DNA of 64,000 nt from Octopus sinensis (Eukaryota), in NCBI RefSeq assembly GCF_006345805.1, contig NW_021831988.1, positions 186,001 to 250,000 of the forward strand, in the 5' to 3' direction. Below are positions 37,196 to 49,700 of the stretch, piece after piece. Both the position numbers and the translations under genes were made by a program. The notes below the pieces were generated by a model, which ran no database searches, had not been told where the DNA came from, and worked only from the letters and a program-made list of their open reading frames with translations. The first letter of the stretch is position 1, and each line of letters opens with the position of its first letter.

Positions 37196-39905
37196 CTAGC
37201 TCGGCAGCTCGCTTCGCTCACCGCGACCTAGCTCCTGCGGAGGGCCTGTTTCATCAAACAACTATAAGTTTATGTAGATGTATAAAACTACCTGGTTTAA
37301 TGTAACCCTATACTATCGCCTGTTGATAAACGATGTTTGTCGTCCGTCCTTCCTTCGCATATATGACAAATAAAAATAAATAATTTAAAAACAAAAAAAT
37401 AAAAAAACTTTAAAAATTTGTAAAATAGTATAAACAAAAAAAATCTCTGCCGCCACGGCAACAACCTGTCTAATTTTTTTAACAGCCAAGTAAGATAATG
37501 CTTAAGAGCCTTTATAGTCCGGAGATTTAGCTTAGTGACCTTGATTAGACAAACCACTGGCGGAAATGGGGCAGGCGGAGTAGCAGCAGCCAAAAAAGCG
37601 ACACACAGAAAAGATTTAATTAATTACCTTAAGCTGACCGTTTTTTCTTTAGCTTCGTTTTTCCTCCTTCGGTTATCTATTTAAAAAATTATTTTTGAAT
37701 AATACAAAATATTAGGAAAAAAGAGGCATACAGAAAATAAATTCTATCTTTACGAAAAACTTCTTTTCTTAAGGTCGTCTTCCCTCCTTCGGTTATCTAT
37801 TGAAAAAATTATTTTTGAATAATAAAAAAGTTTAGGAAAAGAGGCATACCGAAAATAAATTCTATCTTTACGAAAAACTTAACTAAATAGTTAATATTTT
37901 ACGCAAATTCTTCTGATTGCGCTGTCAATTGGTGGTAAATTGTGTTAATGATTGTGCTAATGTGGTTTCAACTATCAAAGTGTTTTTCAAAATCTGTTAA
38001 TTGCACACTCTATTCAAGGTCGTGCGTCAATTTGTGGTAAATTGTGTTAATGATTGTGCTAATGTGGTTTCAACTATCAAAGTGGTTTTTCAAAATCTGT
38101 TAATTGCACACTCTATTCAAAGTCGTGCAATCTGTGATTGCACATTCTGTCAAAGTCAAATATGATAATAGCTTTAAATTTGATTCATGGTCGATAATGA
38201 TATATGCATTTAATTTTAAAGAGAAAATCATAGGATGAATTGAATTTCTTTATTACGAATAATTGGGAGTTCATCATTGTTAATATTCTCGCTGTCGTTT
38301 TCATCAAGGATATTCTTAATACGTGAGATTTTTGCCTCGAAGGTTTTAATGGACCTCATCATGTAAGTCGAGGACATCGTAGTTGTTCATTTTAACCAAA
38401 ATGCAGAAATTTTGTTTTTAAATTTTTTTTGGGGGGAAGGTTTTAAGGACTTCATCATGTAAGTCGATGACATTGTAGTTGTTCATTTTAACCAAAATGC
38501 AGAAAATTTTTTTTTAATTTTTTTGGGGGGAAGGTTTTAAGGACCTCATCATGTAAGTCGAGGACATCGTAGTTGTTCATTTTAACCAAAATGCAGAAAA
38601 TTTTTTTTAATTTTTTTGGGGGGAAGGTTTTAAGGACCTCATCATGTAAGTCGAGGACATCGTAGTTGTTCATTTTAACCAAAATGCAGAAAATTTTTTT
38701 TAATTTTTTTGGGGGGAAGGTTTTAAGGACCTCATCATGTAAGTCGAGGACATCGTAGTTGTTCATTTTAACCAAAATGCAGAAAATTTTTTTTAATTTT
38801 TTTGGGGGGAAGGTTTTAAGGACCTCATCATGTAAGTCGATGACATCGTAGTTGTTCATTTTAACCAAAATGCAGAAAATTTTTTTTTAATTTTTTTGGG
38901 GGGAAGGTTTTAAGGACCTCATCATGTAAGTCGAGGACATCGTAGTTGTTCATTTTAACCAAAATGCAGAAAATTTTTTTTTAATTTTTTTTGGGGGGAA
39001 GGTTTTAAGGACTTCATCATGTAAGTCGAGGACATTGTAGTTGTTCATTTTAACCAAAATGCAGAAAATTTTTTTTTAATTTTTTTGGGGGGAAGGTTTT
39101 AAGGACTTCATCATGTAAGTCGAGGACATCGTAGTTGTTCATTTTAACCAAAATGCAGAAAATTTTTTTTTAATTTTTTTGGGGGGAAGGTTTTAAGGAC
39201 TTCATCATGTAAGTCGAGGACATCGTAGTTGTTCATTTTAACCAAAATGCAGAAAATTTTTTTTTAATTTTTTTTGGGGGGAAGGTTTTAAGGACTTCAT
39301 CATGAATGTCGAGGACATTCGCGTTGTTCATTTTAATCAAAATGCAGAAAATAATTTTTTGATTTTTTGGGGGAGGTTTTAAGGACCTCATCATGTAAGT
39401 CGAGGACATCGTAGTTGTTCATTTTAACCAAAATGCAGAAAATTTTTTTTTAATTTTTTTGGGGGGAAGGTTTTAAGGACCTCATCATGTAAGTCGAGGA
39501 CATCGTAGTTATTCATTTTAACCAAAATGCAGAAAATTTTTTTTTAATTTTTTTGGGGGGGAAGGTTTTAAGGACCTCATCATGTAAGTCGAGGACATCG
39601 TAGTTGTTCATTTTAACCAAAATGCAGAAAATTTTTTTTTAATTTTTTTTGGGGGGGAAGGTTTTAAGGACCTCATCATGTAAGTCGAGGACATCGTAGT
39701 TGTTCATTTTGACCAAAACGCAGAAAAATTTTTTTTAATTTTTTTTGGGGGGAAGGTTTTAAGGACCTCATCATGTAAGTCGAGGACATCGTATTGCCAA
39801 TTTGAAGTTGGTGTGCACACACAGACAGACAGACAGACAGACACACAGACAGACACACAGACAGACAGACAGACAGACACACACCATACCATTTTATTAT
39901 TAAGA
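37196..39905 (-). mobile_element. Non-autonomous Helitron, copy 2 (inverted relative to copy 1)
   Basis: Same 5' TC/(GTCT)n start and 3' CTAG end, inserted at A|T; same internal repeats; the helicase-remnant segment differs from copy 1. Confidence 0.88.
38340..39800 (-). repeat. ~95-bp minisatellite, about 15 units, inside Helitron 2
   Basis: Reverse complement of the unit at 2310-3390. Confidence 0.95.
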
Positions 39906-41006
39906 TCTGCGCTTTCCATAAACTTAATTTCTTGGCGAAGGAATTGATATATCCATAAATTTGGTAATTTAGGTTATTTTCCCCTGTAGTTCGACATTTA
40001 GGGCAGACAAATGCACCGATAGATCCACATAAAATGTTAAATCTGCTACCCATCCATTCTCTTTCAATAATGCATTGTCCACTTTATTTTCAGTTAATAA
40101 AATAATTTCAGTAAGAAGTTGATAAAATCTACTTATAAAAATAAAAGAAATTGACCTTTTGAGACAAGAGTAACAGTATCGTTACTTAGAGGTAATTTGT
40201 GTGCAATATCGAAAACAGCGGGCAAACAACATTCCGATGCAAATATTTCGATTGCCGTTTTGAAAAAATAAAATATTTATAGAAACATAAGCCCTTCAAT
40301 TAAATCCTAGGGGCCGCACTTGAGAATCACTGAACTATAAACTTATATCATTTGACCACTTAGCACACAACTTTCTATGCATACAAGACAGGACACTACA
40401 ATAGGTTTTTGTGTTAATCGAGTAAGTAAAGGCAAAAAGATGCGTTATTTATAATCGAGGTGAGGATACTCCCTTTGGTGGTTTTTGGATGAAGTTGTGA
40501 GAAGTTATCAAATTATGCATGCACTAAGGGAATGTGTCACTTTTCTGCTCTCAACGGATTTTTTGATTCTCTGGCGCTCCTGTTTTTAGCCATCACAGAC
40601 AACCTCGTTGAATTTCGTACACTAACTTAAAAGCTGTCTATTGCTACATTGGTTGCCAACAAAGTTGCTTTTCGCTCCTAAATTTGTCTACAGGGTCCTA
40701 TAATAGTAGGGTTTTTATGAAATCTCGCTCTTTCAAATATATCATGGAATCCAAGACATTCACGAGATTAGCTTACCATCCTTCTTTTCGGATTTTCTGC
40801 ATGGACATAAATTCTGCTGCTTCTTTCTCTCGTTTTAGAAACCGAAATGTTTTCGGTATCATTTAATAAATTATAGAAATAAATGCTAAATTGTTTACTT
40901 CTTATTTATTATTCCAAATAAGAGTGTAACTATGACTATAAACTCAAATTTGCATCAATCGGTTAAAACGATTTGATTACTGTATTATTGTTTTGAAATA
41001 AAACGA

Positions 41007-42156
41007 ATGGAAAATTCGGACGTAGAAATGGCAACTGACGAGAATCTGCAACACTTAGTAACAGAATATCACGTTTTAATATAAAATTTACAACCTAAAG
41101 ACATTGCGGCAACAACAAGAAAAGCTAAAACAAAGAAGCTTTGATACACAAAACAAATTGTCGAACTATTTCAAAAAACTGAAGCAAATCGAAAAATTCG
41201 AGGACAGCATTGCCGACCAAAATCAGCGATATGTTCGGCAAATGAGTAAATTCACATGTGAGGTCACAAATCAGTGCAAATCGACGAAGTGAAGCAGAAT
41301 TTTATTTGGGAGAAAGAAAAATGCGAACAAGAGTTGGAACAATTCGACATGGAAGCTAAAATACTTAATCAAAAGACGGAAGAAGAAAGTAATAAATTAT
41401 CGCAGAAAAGGCGTGATAGAACTCAGAAAGCATATTATTTTAACACCAATAAAATTATCTCGAATGAGGTGAATGCTTTGGTGCGAGAAACTAGGTCGTG
41501 GACAATTTTCTGCACCAAATCGACAAACTGGACGCAGAACTCGCGAAGGAACGCCGGCAGTACATCGACAACGAAAGGCGGCTGAGCGAGGCCGAGAACA
41601 CTATGAAATCGAAAGTACAGTTCAAATTAACCCGACAGGAAGAATTAATTGAAGGATTGAACATGATTGACTTTGAGCAACTTAAAATAGAAAATCAGAC
41701 TTACAACGAAAAAATAGAAGAACGGAATGAAGTTTGCAACTGAAATTTCAAAATAGGAAATTCTGAAACTGAAGAAGAAAATCAAAAGCAACGTCGAAAT
41801 CGTGACCCACTTTAAGGAAAAACTTGATTTCGTACAAAAGTTGATAAGCGAGAAAACCGACGTGTATGATCAGGTCTCACAAACACTTTCAACAGTTGTA
41901 AAGGAATAACTATTGCTAGAAAAGAGAGGAACTGTCGTCTATAAAGCAGGAGAAGGAACATTTGAGGATGAGCAATCAAGAACTTAGAAACAACTACGGA
42001 CTACTCGAAGACAGAGCACTAATAAAAAATTATGAAAAATGTGATGATAAAGTCAAGTTCCTCACTGAACAAATACAACAATTCAAAACAATTCATACTA
42101 AAGCAGATATTGACAGAATAAGAATTAACAAAATGGTAGAAAAGACATTAAGTTGA
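41007..42156 (+). CDS. CCDC96: Ciliary coiled-coil protein CCDC96/CFAP184
   Basis: EELIEGLNMIDFEQLKIENQTYNEKIEERNE signature, NKLSNYFKK and YGLLEDRAL; mini-introns. Confidence 0.85.
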
Positions 42157-42259
42157 TATATTCTAATCATTTACTTAAAAAATACTAATATAACCAAAAG
42201 GAAATAAAGTTGATTTTTATGAGATTTCACTGAGTCCTCGTCGATTCTAGTACGAATAG

Positions 42260-42392
42260 ACGTTACTCTCAAATGAGCAAGTTGTCAATGCTCTGACGTG
42301 GTTTCCACCATAGGCGCCTGCTCTCTGACGGTCAAAAAGTCCCTTAAACGTTCCACAAGGATTACCGGACTTGTGAGAAAGTCACCGTTAAA
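42260..42392 (-). ncRNA. Candidate small Sm-type RNA (SL-RNA-like); speculative
   Basis: Hairpin ttc(t)cacaag/cttgtggaa whose loop contains GGTAA, followed by Sm-like ACTTTTTGA and a small hairpin; could instead be a promoter. Confidence 0.2.
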
Positions 42393-42709
42393 AAATCAAA
42401 AGTCCGTCTCGTCTAAAATTCACAGACAATAAATTATTTTAAATTAAAAATGAATTTCTATATGTTTTCGATCAACCAACCAGATATGTACAAATAGTGT
42501 AAGCCAACGTCACCACAGTTGATAATCTAAAATTTTAAAAGTTCATTGCAGAAATCATAAAAAGTAACCGAACTTCGGGAAGTGTCAAACTAAATAATTA
42601 GTTTGAATTGAACATTCTAATAATAATGAGCTTGACAGTTATTTTATATTTATTATTTTTGGTTAAAATATCAGATCTGTCAAAAACGTTGTGCTTAGTC
42701 TTAATATTA

Positions 42710-43010
42710 CAGAAACAAGATATCATCCTCAATGTTCCTGAGCTACAACACTCAGCTTGGTCCTCCCTGTTATTCTGAACAACTTCATAAACATATCGAT
42801 TCGGAACAAATTGGACATTATTGATAATTTGATGACATGCCTCATGTAAGTTCCCCCAGTGGAGGTGGAACAACTCGAAAGAAGTTTTTAAGGATAAGTG
42901 CTATATCGTGGCCACCTGTGACCGAGATCAGAAGAGAAGGATCGGGAAAGTACCGGGAGTCCCCATTTTGTCTGTATCCAATCACAATTTGGTATTTTTT
43001 GGAGATTGTA
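42710..43010 (+). pseudogene. FCF1: Decayed FCF1 (PIN-domain rRNA-processing nuclease)
   Basis: SYNTQLGPP, NFINISIRNKLDII and KCYIVATCDRDQKRRIGKVPGVPI are present, but the intervening conserved blocks are missing and frames are broken. Confidence 0.65.
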
Positions 43011-43149
43011 TGTCGAAAGGGTGCCCGACAAGTGTACATTACGCAAGTCCTGATTTTTTACAAATATATTATTTTTTAATTTTATTGTCAAAGTTACAAA
43101 TTATCAGCCTTTGCTATAATTCCCTGTTAATCGTGAATTATTATTAGCA

Positions 43150-43290
43150 CGTTCTGAGGCGAGAATGTGTCCATATACATGGCGTCGGGTGAACACAGTG
43201 ATCCCGTCCGGTCTCTTCCCATCTCTCAGATCGATCCCAGTGGGTTCAAGTATGGAAGGATTCCGGCGACTTCCAAAGCTCTGATTAGGT
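43150..43290 (-). mobile_element. Small internal CRE-like fragment
   Basis: PSILEPTGIDLRDGKRPDGITVF. Confidence 0.65.
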
Positions 43291-43730
43291 CATTTAGAGC
43301 AATTCTATCAATTAACTTTTTATTTTCCTCTTATTTCTCCACCGAATTATTCAAATTAGGACTACGAACGACAACGCTTATCATCAAACAATTCATAATT
43401 GTTAACACTCCAGAGGTTATATACTGCTCTGTTAGGATTATATATACTGCTCTGAACTCATAAATTCTAAAATAATTATATAACTTGCTATTCTTGTGTT
43501 GTAAGGAAATGCAAACTAACAATAGTTTGAATTTTTGAAAAAGAAGAGACGTTCTAGGATCGTAAACCTGATTTAACCACTGTTATCTCTTAGGTTACTG
43601 ATGATCAACACTGGTTCATATGGCACTCTGCAATGTCTTAGTTATTTGTCTACATTTCTTTCATTTGACAGTCAGGCAAAGGAGCAACCATTTTAACCAG
43701 ACTAGTTTCAAACAAATGCCAACAGAAATA

Positions 43731-46700
43731 TCAAGTAGAGCAAAATTCTTGCTGCTTGATCGAAAGTAATAAAAAATTTTTCAACTGATCGCGAGACTCA
43801 CAAAACGGTATTTTGATGAAGTGCCGATACGTGGAGGTAGAAGGCAAGTCACTAAGACGACTCCTATAATCCACGGACACTGTGAGAGGCGGCCTGAGAC
43901 TAGACAGGCCACCGATTGGAAGGAAGGACGACCCGGTCACGAATTTGAGAACATTGGCCTTGTCCGAATGCGAAAAGTCGACCAAAATTTGAATGAAATT
44001 AAGGAAGCAAGGACTAAACTGAAACGGTGGGACTACCAGGTCTTGGAAGTGTATTCGCAAACAGCAACGTTCAGGAGAAGGTATTCAACAGTCCAGTCGA
44101 AAATCTGCTGTCCACAAACAGTGTTTTTGAGTTCTTGAGGAGTAAACATGTACAGTCCAGTGGGATTAATGACTCTCTTCATTCCGCCTGCACGTGCCAA
44201 TTATTAAGTCAACCAATCAACGCCGTGATTTGAGACTTGATGCCATCGAGCATTAAAAACCTGATCATATGGCACGTGTACAGCTCGACATTCTCCAACG
44301 TCAAGGGCTACGAATGAGTACGGAAAGTGAACAGTGTGTTCTCCGTTCTTGACCAACTCGACAAAGGGGCCGGACTGGTATATTTCATCCATGGGCAACA
44401 CAAAAAACAATCTGCGATAACAAAATGAGTAACCCCAGGTCGTCAATACATGTGGACGTGCCATTCTCGTTCTCAATTTTCACATGCTCGGCCAAGTTGA
44501 TGTTGCCCCCAGAAATGCACTCCTTCTTTCGGTCAATCACGTTTTTAAGTGACATCAATAATTTAGCATAGTGTGGGTTAATCATCAAAAAGTCCTCCCA
44601 GCGCATTGAACGAGCAAACCTACAAAATGACCAATGACATAACCAGTATTCATTGTGATTAAGCTTTTTGCCGGTTGGAGCCATCGAGTCGAGAGCGTCT
44701 AACAGACTGGAGTTGTGGGGTGTCTGCATGGAAGCCTGGAGTGACAGGAAAAAGAGTACAGGCGTTCGGAGACATTTTCGTTCGCAGATCATCCTGAAGA
44801 ATGGTTCGGAGAGAGGCATGTCCAGGAGGACACGGTCCATCAGGCACTTGCCAATGAGCACTCCAAGGAGAAAGAAGAGACTACTTGTCCGAGAAGCAAT
44901 GTCCGAGTTCTGGACGAGTGGGGCTGGAAAGAGGCCCGATTCAGTCTCAGACAACCACATGGCACTCGCTCTTTGTCTGAGGTGGACGGACACCAAATGA
45001 TAGAACTCCTTGGTGGGGCCAATTCCCTCCCCCGCCTCCCCCGCGAACACAGCAAAAAGTAACTCAGGACTGTTGGCTGTCCGGACGAGCACAGAGAAGG
45101 CCCAGTCGAGGAAGCGAGGTCCCCTCTCAACTTTGTAGACTCGATTCCTCAAATGAAACCGGCAAGTGTCATAAGGAGAAAGGGAGGCGACTGGGAGATG
45201 GAGGGTGGGGGAAGGGACTACTCGACATGTGTGGTAGTTGAGTATTGCACGAGTACAGTTCATGAAAGAGAGTTGAAACAACATGTAGCGGAGTTGATAA
45301 GAAAAGAGCATTCTGTATCTGACAGTCAGATAGTTGATCCAGTAGGGGAAGGACATGGTGGCCGCCGTGGAGGGGGAATGGAGGGATCGACATAACATGC
45401 GTGACAGGAGAGGGGATATGAATAGGTGAGAGTACTCGACCACATCGGAACAATACATGTCCACCAAGTTGTGTAGCAGTCTCAGCACCAACAGTGCATA
45501 GTATGCCACGACACTCCCCACCTGACTATCCACATAGTCTCCCCCAGTCAATTTTACTCTCCTCATAACCATATTCGACCATTCCACCGTCTCCTTGTCT
45601 TGCATCACTTCCTCAATGAATTCCTGGAATACAAATGAATGACAACTCCATATAGACTGACAAGTTGACCGGGAGTTCTTTGCCATTCACAGGACTGGTA
45701 ATTCAAGTACAGTCGCTGGGAAGCACATGACGACATTAAACTAAGTGCTTTCTCAGGCAAAAACTCAGTCCGTTTCAAATTCTCCGTCTGGAAATGTGAC
45801 AGCACATTACCATTTTAGAGTGGTTAATGCTGTAATACAGTATTGGACGTTGGTCTTGCTTGACTGGGTTGTACAGTTGGCATGCCTCCAAATATTGTTG
45901 GATAGTCGTGCCCGTCCGCGCGTCGAATGCTTCGTCAACGAATATCAATCGGTTTTGCTGAGTGTATCTAAATCCCAGCGAGAATTTGAGTTTCAGTATG
46001 TTTCCCTGGTTAGCCGACCTACTCGGGACCCAACGTGGAAGTTTTCCTATTTTCCTCCACAAAATAGTGTTTTTTCGAGACGAGGCTGGCTCGTTCAAGT
46101 CGATACGAAAGTCTGCAGTGAACAAGACACGACAACTAGGGGGGGCCGTTATCACAGTCTCATTTTCCAGGATTTCAGGGTCTTGGGAATTGAGAAAGTT
46201 ATCAGAATTCCAAGACAAGTCGCAATAATTGTTGATCCAGGGGGTGTATTTTCGCACACAACTCCCAGGGACGGGCTCTCCCGTGAAGGGCAGTCCGAAA
46301 TTGTCCATAATGTCATAGAAGTGAGTAGCCATAAATTCCTCGTCATTGTATACATGCAACAAATTTCCAAACATTTCAAGGTCGTGGATGGAGAAGACAT
46401 ATTCGGACTCAGATGGGGTGTCAATGAATAAACGGCAATAACGGTCGATCTTCCGAGGCTGCGTCAGAGTATGCACAAAATCGACACTGCAGTGACAATA
46501 CAGGGGATACCCACTCTCTACTTTCTTAAACCGAGTCTGGCAAGGTAGACTAAGCCACCGGTTGCCGTCCAAAATTTGAATTCTCCAATTTGCCCCGATC
46601 CTGGGAATTATATGGCCAACACAACTTTATCAGTTTGTCGATGGTGGAGTCTCTCAGTTGAAACGTAAATTTGGAAACTGAAAAGACCACCCCCATATCA

Positions 46701-49700
46701 ATAGCAATTCCAAGTCCTCTGGTGAGGATGCATGTGCACCCATTCTGGTCGAGGAGGCAGCCAGAACAACTGAAATGATCCATAAAAATCAATCCATTGC
46801 AGCAGGGGGGAATGTAGGGACGAGAACTGGCATAGACAAGTGATTTACCCTCCATTACTCCCGATCAAACGGAAGAGCCCACCCTCAGGATGAGAGTTTC
46901 TGCACATCTTCCATATCTCCAATTTATTTCTTTTACAAGATACCACATTTGATATAACTACACTACTCAACAGACAGTACCTGCTTCTTCACAAACGAGG
47001 TGATAGTCCTCATTGTAGTCAGCCCATTAACCGCAATCGAGTAGAACCCCAAGTCAGGCAGACCGTCACGTCCGTGCAATAGTGGTTTGACGAACAAAAT
47101 GATTTTGGGGACATTTTGCCAGGCCTGAAAAGGCAGAACTTCCTGCTCAGTGTTAGGGACCACATTCGACAGATTTTGGAAGGCTTGGAATGCTCTGAGG
47201 ACGGCTTTGATTAAACAGCCAAACGACTCGAATCCAGAACTACAATCAGCACAAGCATGAACGATGAGTCGATAAAGACACTGACGAAGGCTCGAATGGC
47301 CTGAGGTTCAGAAAGTGTTTTTAAAAGAGAGTCGAGCAGTTCACACTTTACGAGTTCATTAGGCAACACTGAATCACTTTTGACGACACTTCCGAGATGT
47401 TCAAAGATTAGTTTGTATTTTTCGTAGGGTTCGCCTACCTGCACTGTCAGGAAATGTAAACTCGCATCATTTCGACGATAGTATTCAATTCTTTGCTTTG
47501 ATTGGATTCCTCGGGAGAGTAAGACATAATAAGTGTGCACAGTTGGGTGGCACACAGCGACATCTGCCACATCAAAAAGATGCCTGACTATCTCGATGGA
47601 GGGTACTATCCTGGGACGTATGAGAGGGGCAATCGAGGAGAATGCAGCTCCCCTTGCTGGTATGGAATGAGAGACATTGCCTTGCAACTTGCAGACAATC
47701 AAATTGGGGTTACTCGTGAAGGACTACGAATGGAGTGAAAGGACAACGAGAATAGTATTCTCCTCGACTTGTTCAAACAGTTTAATGCTGATGGCAGAAA
47801 TGCTGATTGAAAGACGAGTCTCACTGATGGGTAGACAGTTTCCTGAAAAAATATTCAATCCAGGAGATATCGTGACGGGATAGAGTTCAACATGCTGTAA
47901 ATTAAATTGGAATGCTAAATTTGAGGAGGGAATAGTACATTCGATCAAATCATACGTGAGGCTGGAGGCCAAGTTTCCCGCTACCATGATGGGGTATGCC
48001 CAGTCATCCGAATATACTCTACACTGACAAAACAGACTAACATAATCGACCCATTATTTTCTCGGAATACTCGGACGACAAAGGACGTATTCCAAATGGA
48101 GAGAGTCCCGTCGTAGACGATGTACCAGTCCAGCCACTGGTAGAGTTGGTTGGTGACCAGTTTGTCCTCGATGGGAAAGGAGGGATAGACTACGGTGTCT
48201 TTGACAGTAGAGTATAATCTCCTCAATTCCTTGATTTGTTTGTAGCAGACGTTGGACGTGAGTATGTGCACAAAATACGAGGGTTTCTTGCGGACGAGGT
48301 TGTAAATTATGGTTATGCAGTAAATGCAATACTCCACGTGCTGTTCGAAGACAGTCTGGTTGCCCAGGTCAGAAAAGATTTCACAGAATCGTTTGAAATG
48401 AATGAGGAAGTTATCGATGCAGAAACTAAAGTCATCGACAGTTTCGATAAGTTGGTCGAGCGTGGCGTTGCTCATCAGAAATACCAGTTTGTCGAGTAGC
48501 AGGATCAGTGGCTGTCTACAAATCAATCGGAATACGACCTTAATTCCAGATCAAGGTCTAATGTGACGACATTGAACAGAGGACAGAGCATTTGAAATAC
48601 CAATATCTCCCCCGTGTGTGGTGGGGGGTTGATACTTCGCATGTAGACGTGGCCTGTAATATATCAGCACCCCTACTGTAGAGAGGGCAAATCCGCGCGA
48701 TTTCCAAATTCTGATGAGCAATCCCAAACTCGAACAGCAAGTCAAAGTTGACTGTCTCGATAGAGCCAAGAGCACGAATAGCCGCTAACAGTAAGGGGAA
48801 GGGGGAACCTGCAAATTGGACGTCCACAGCTTTGAATTGGGACTGGGAGATTGTCCATTTATTGTGCGACAGAATAACTGCCCTGTTGAAATTCCGTGGC
48901 TTTATCCGAAACTGGAAATAGGAACACGAGCTGACAACAGCAGTAATTATATTGTCTACAAGGAATGCCAGTTCGTGGATGATTCCGCAGAATTCTGTTC
49001 TACCATGTGGAAACCCGGTCACCTGTTGATGATCAAGTCAGTGATCGACACCATTGCATGGATTACCCCATTCTCCACGGATTCAGTGGGGAAATATCGA
49101 AACAGAATGCCCATCACCGAGAGGACTAGACCATATAAATAGTCACTACGGTTAGGCAGTGGAGTTTCCTGTGCTTTGAAATTATTTGCAAGAATGTCAA
49201 TGGAGTTGGTGAGTTGGTAGAGCACAGCCTGCACAGTGAAGTGGTCCACAAAGGAAGGGGGCACCACGTACTCATCTTGGCAGTATTCGAGGAATGCAAG
49301 GTCATATGCCCCTTCTGGTTGGGAGAATGGGGAACTGGGAATGTCCTGCGATGTTGTGTAACACATGCAATCCCCGAGATTGTTTTCAAAAAATATTGTC
49401 GAAGTAAACATCTCGATCCAAGTAGGCAAATCATCTACAATAGTTGCATTGAACATAATCGCATCGTGTGTGGGGATGCAGGAGTGTTTGCTGCAGTGCA
49501 GGGGACAAGAAGGGTTCAGGTAAATGGTGCTCGTTTGGTGATAGGGTTTACTTCTCCCGAATCCTTCAAGAACAATGTTCAACTTGGCTTGCCCGTACAG
49601 ATCGGGAGGGTTGTTCAAAGAGTGGGTAATTTGGAATAAAGAGAGATGTTTCAAAAGCACTCTGGAAGCGGACAGGACAATCTAATATGAACGGGGTCAG

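Noticed and set aside
40305-40335. ggccgcacttgagaatcactg resembling a hAT right terminus
   Set aside because: No matching left end or TSD found; too short to support.
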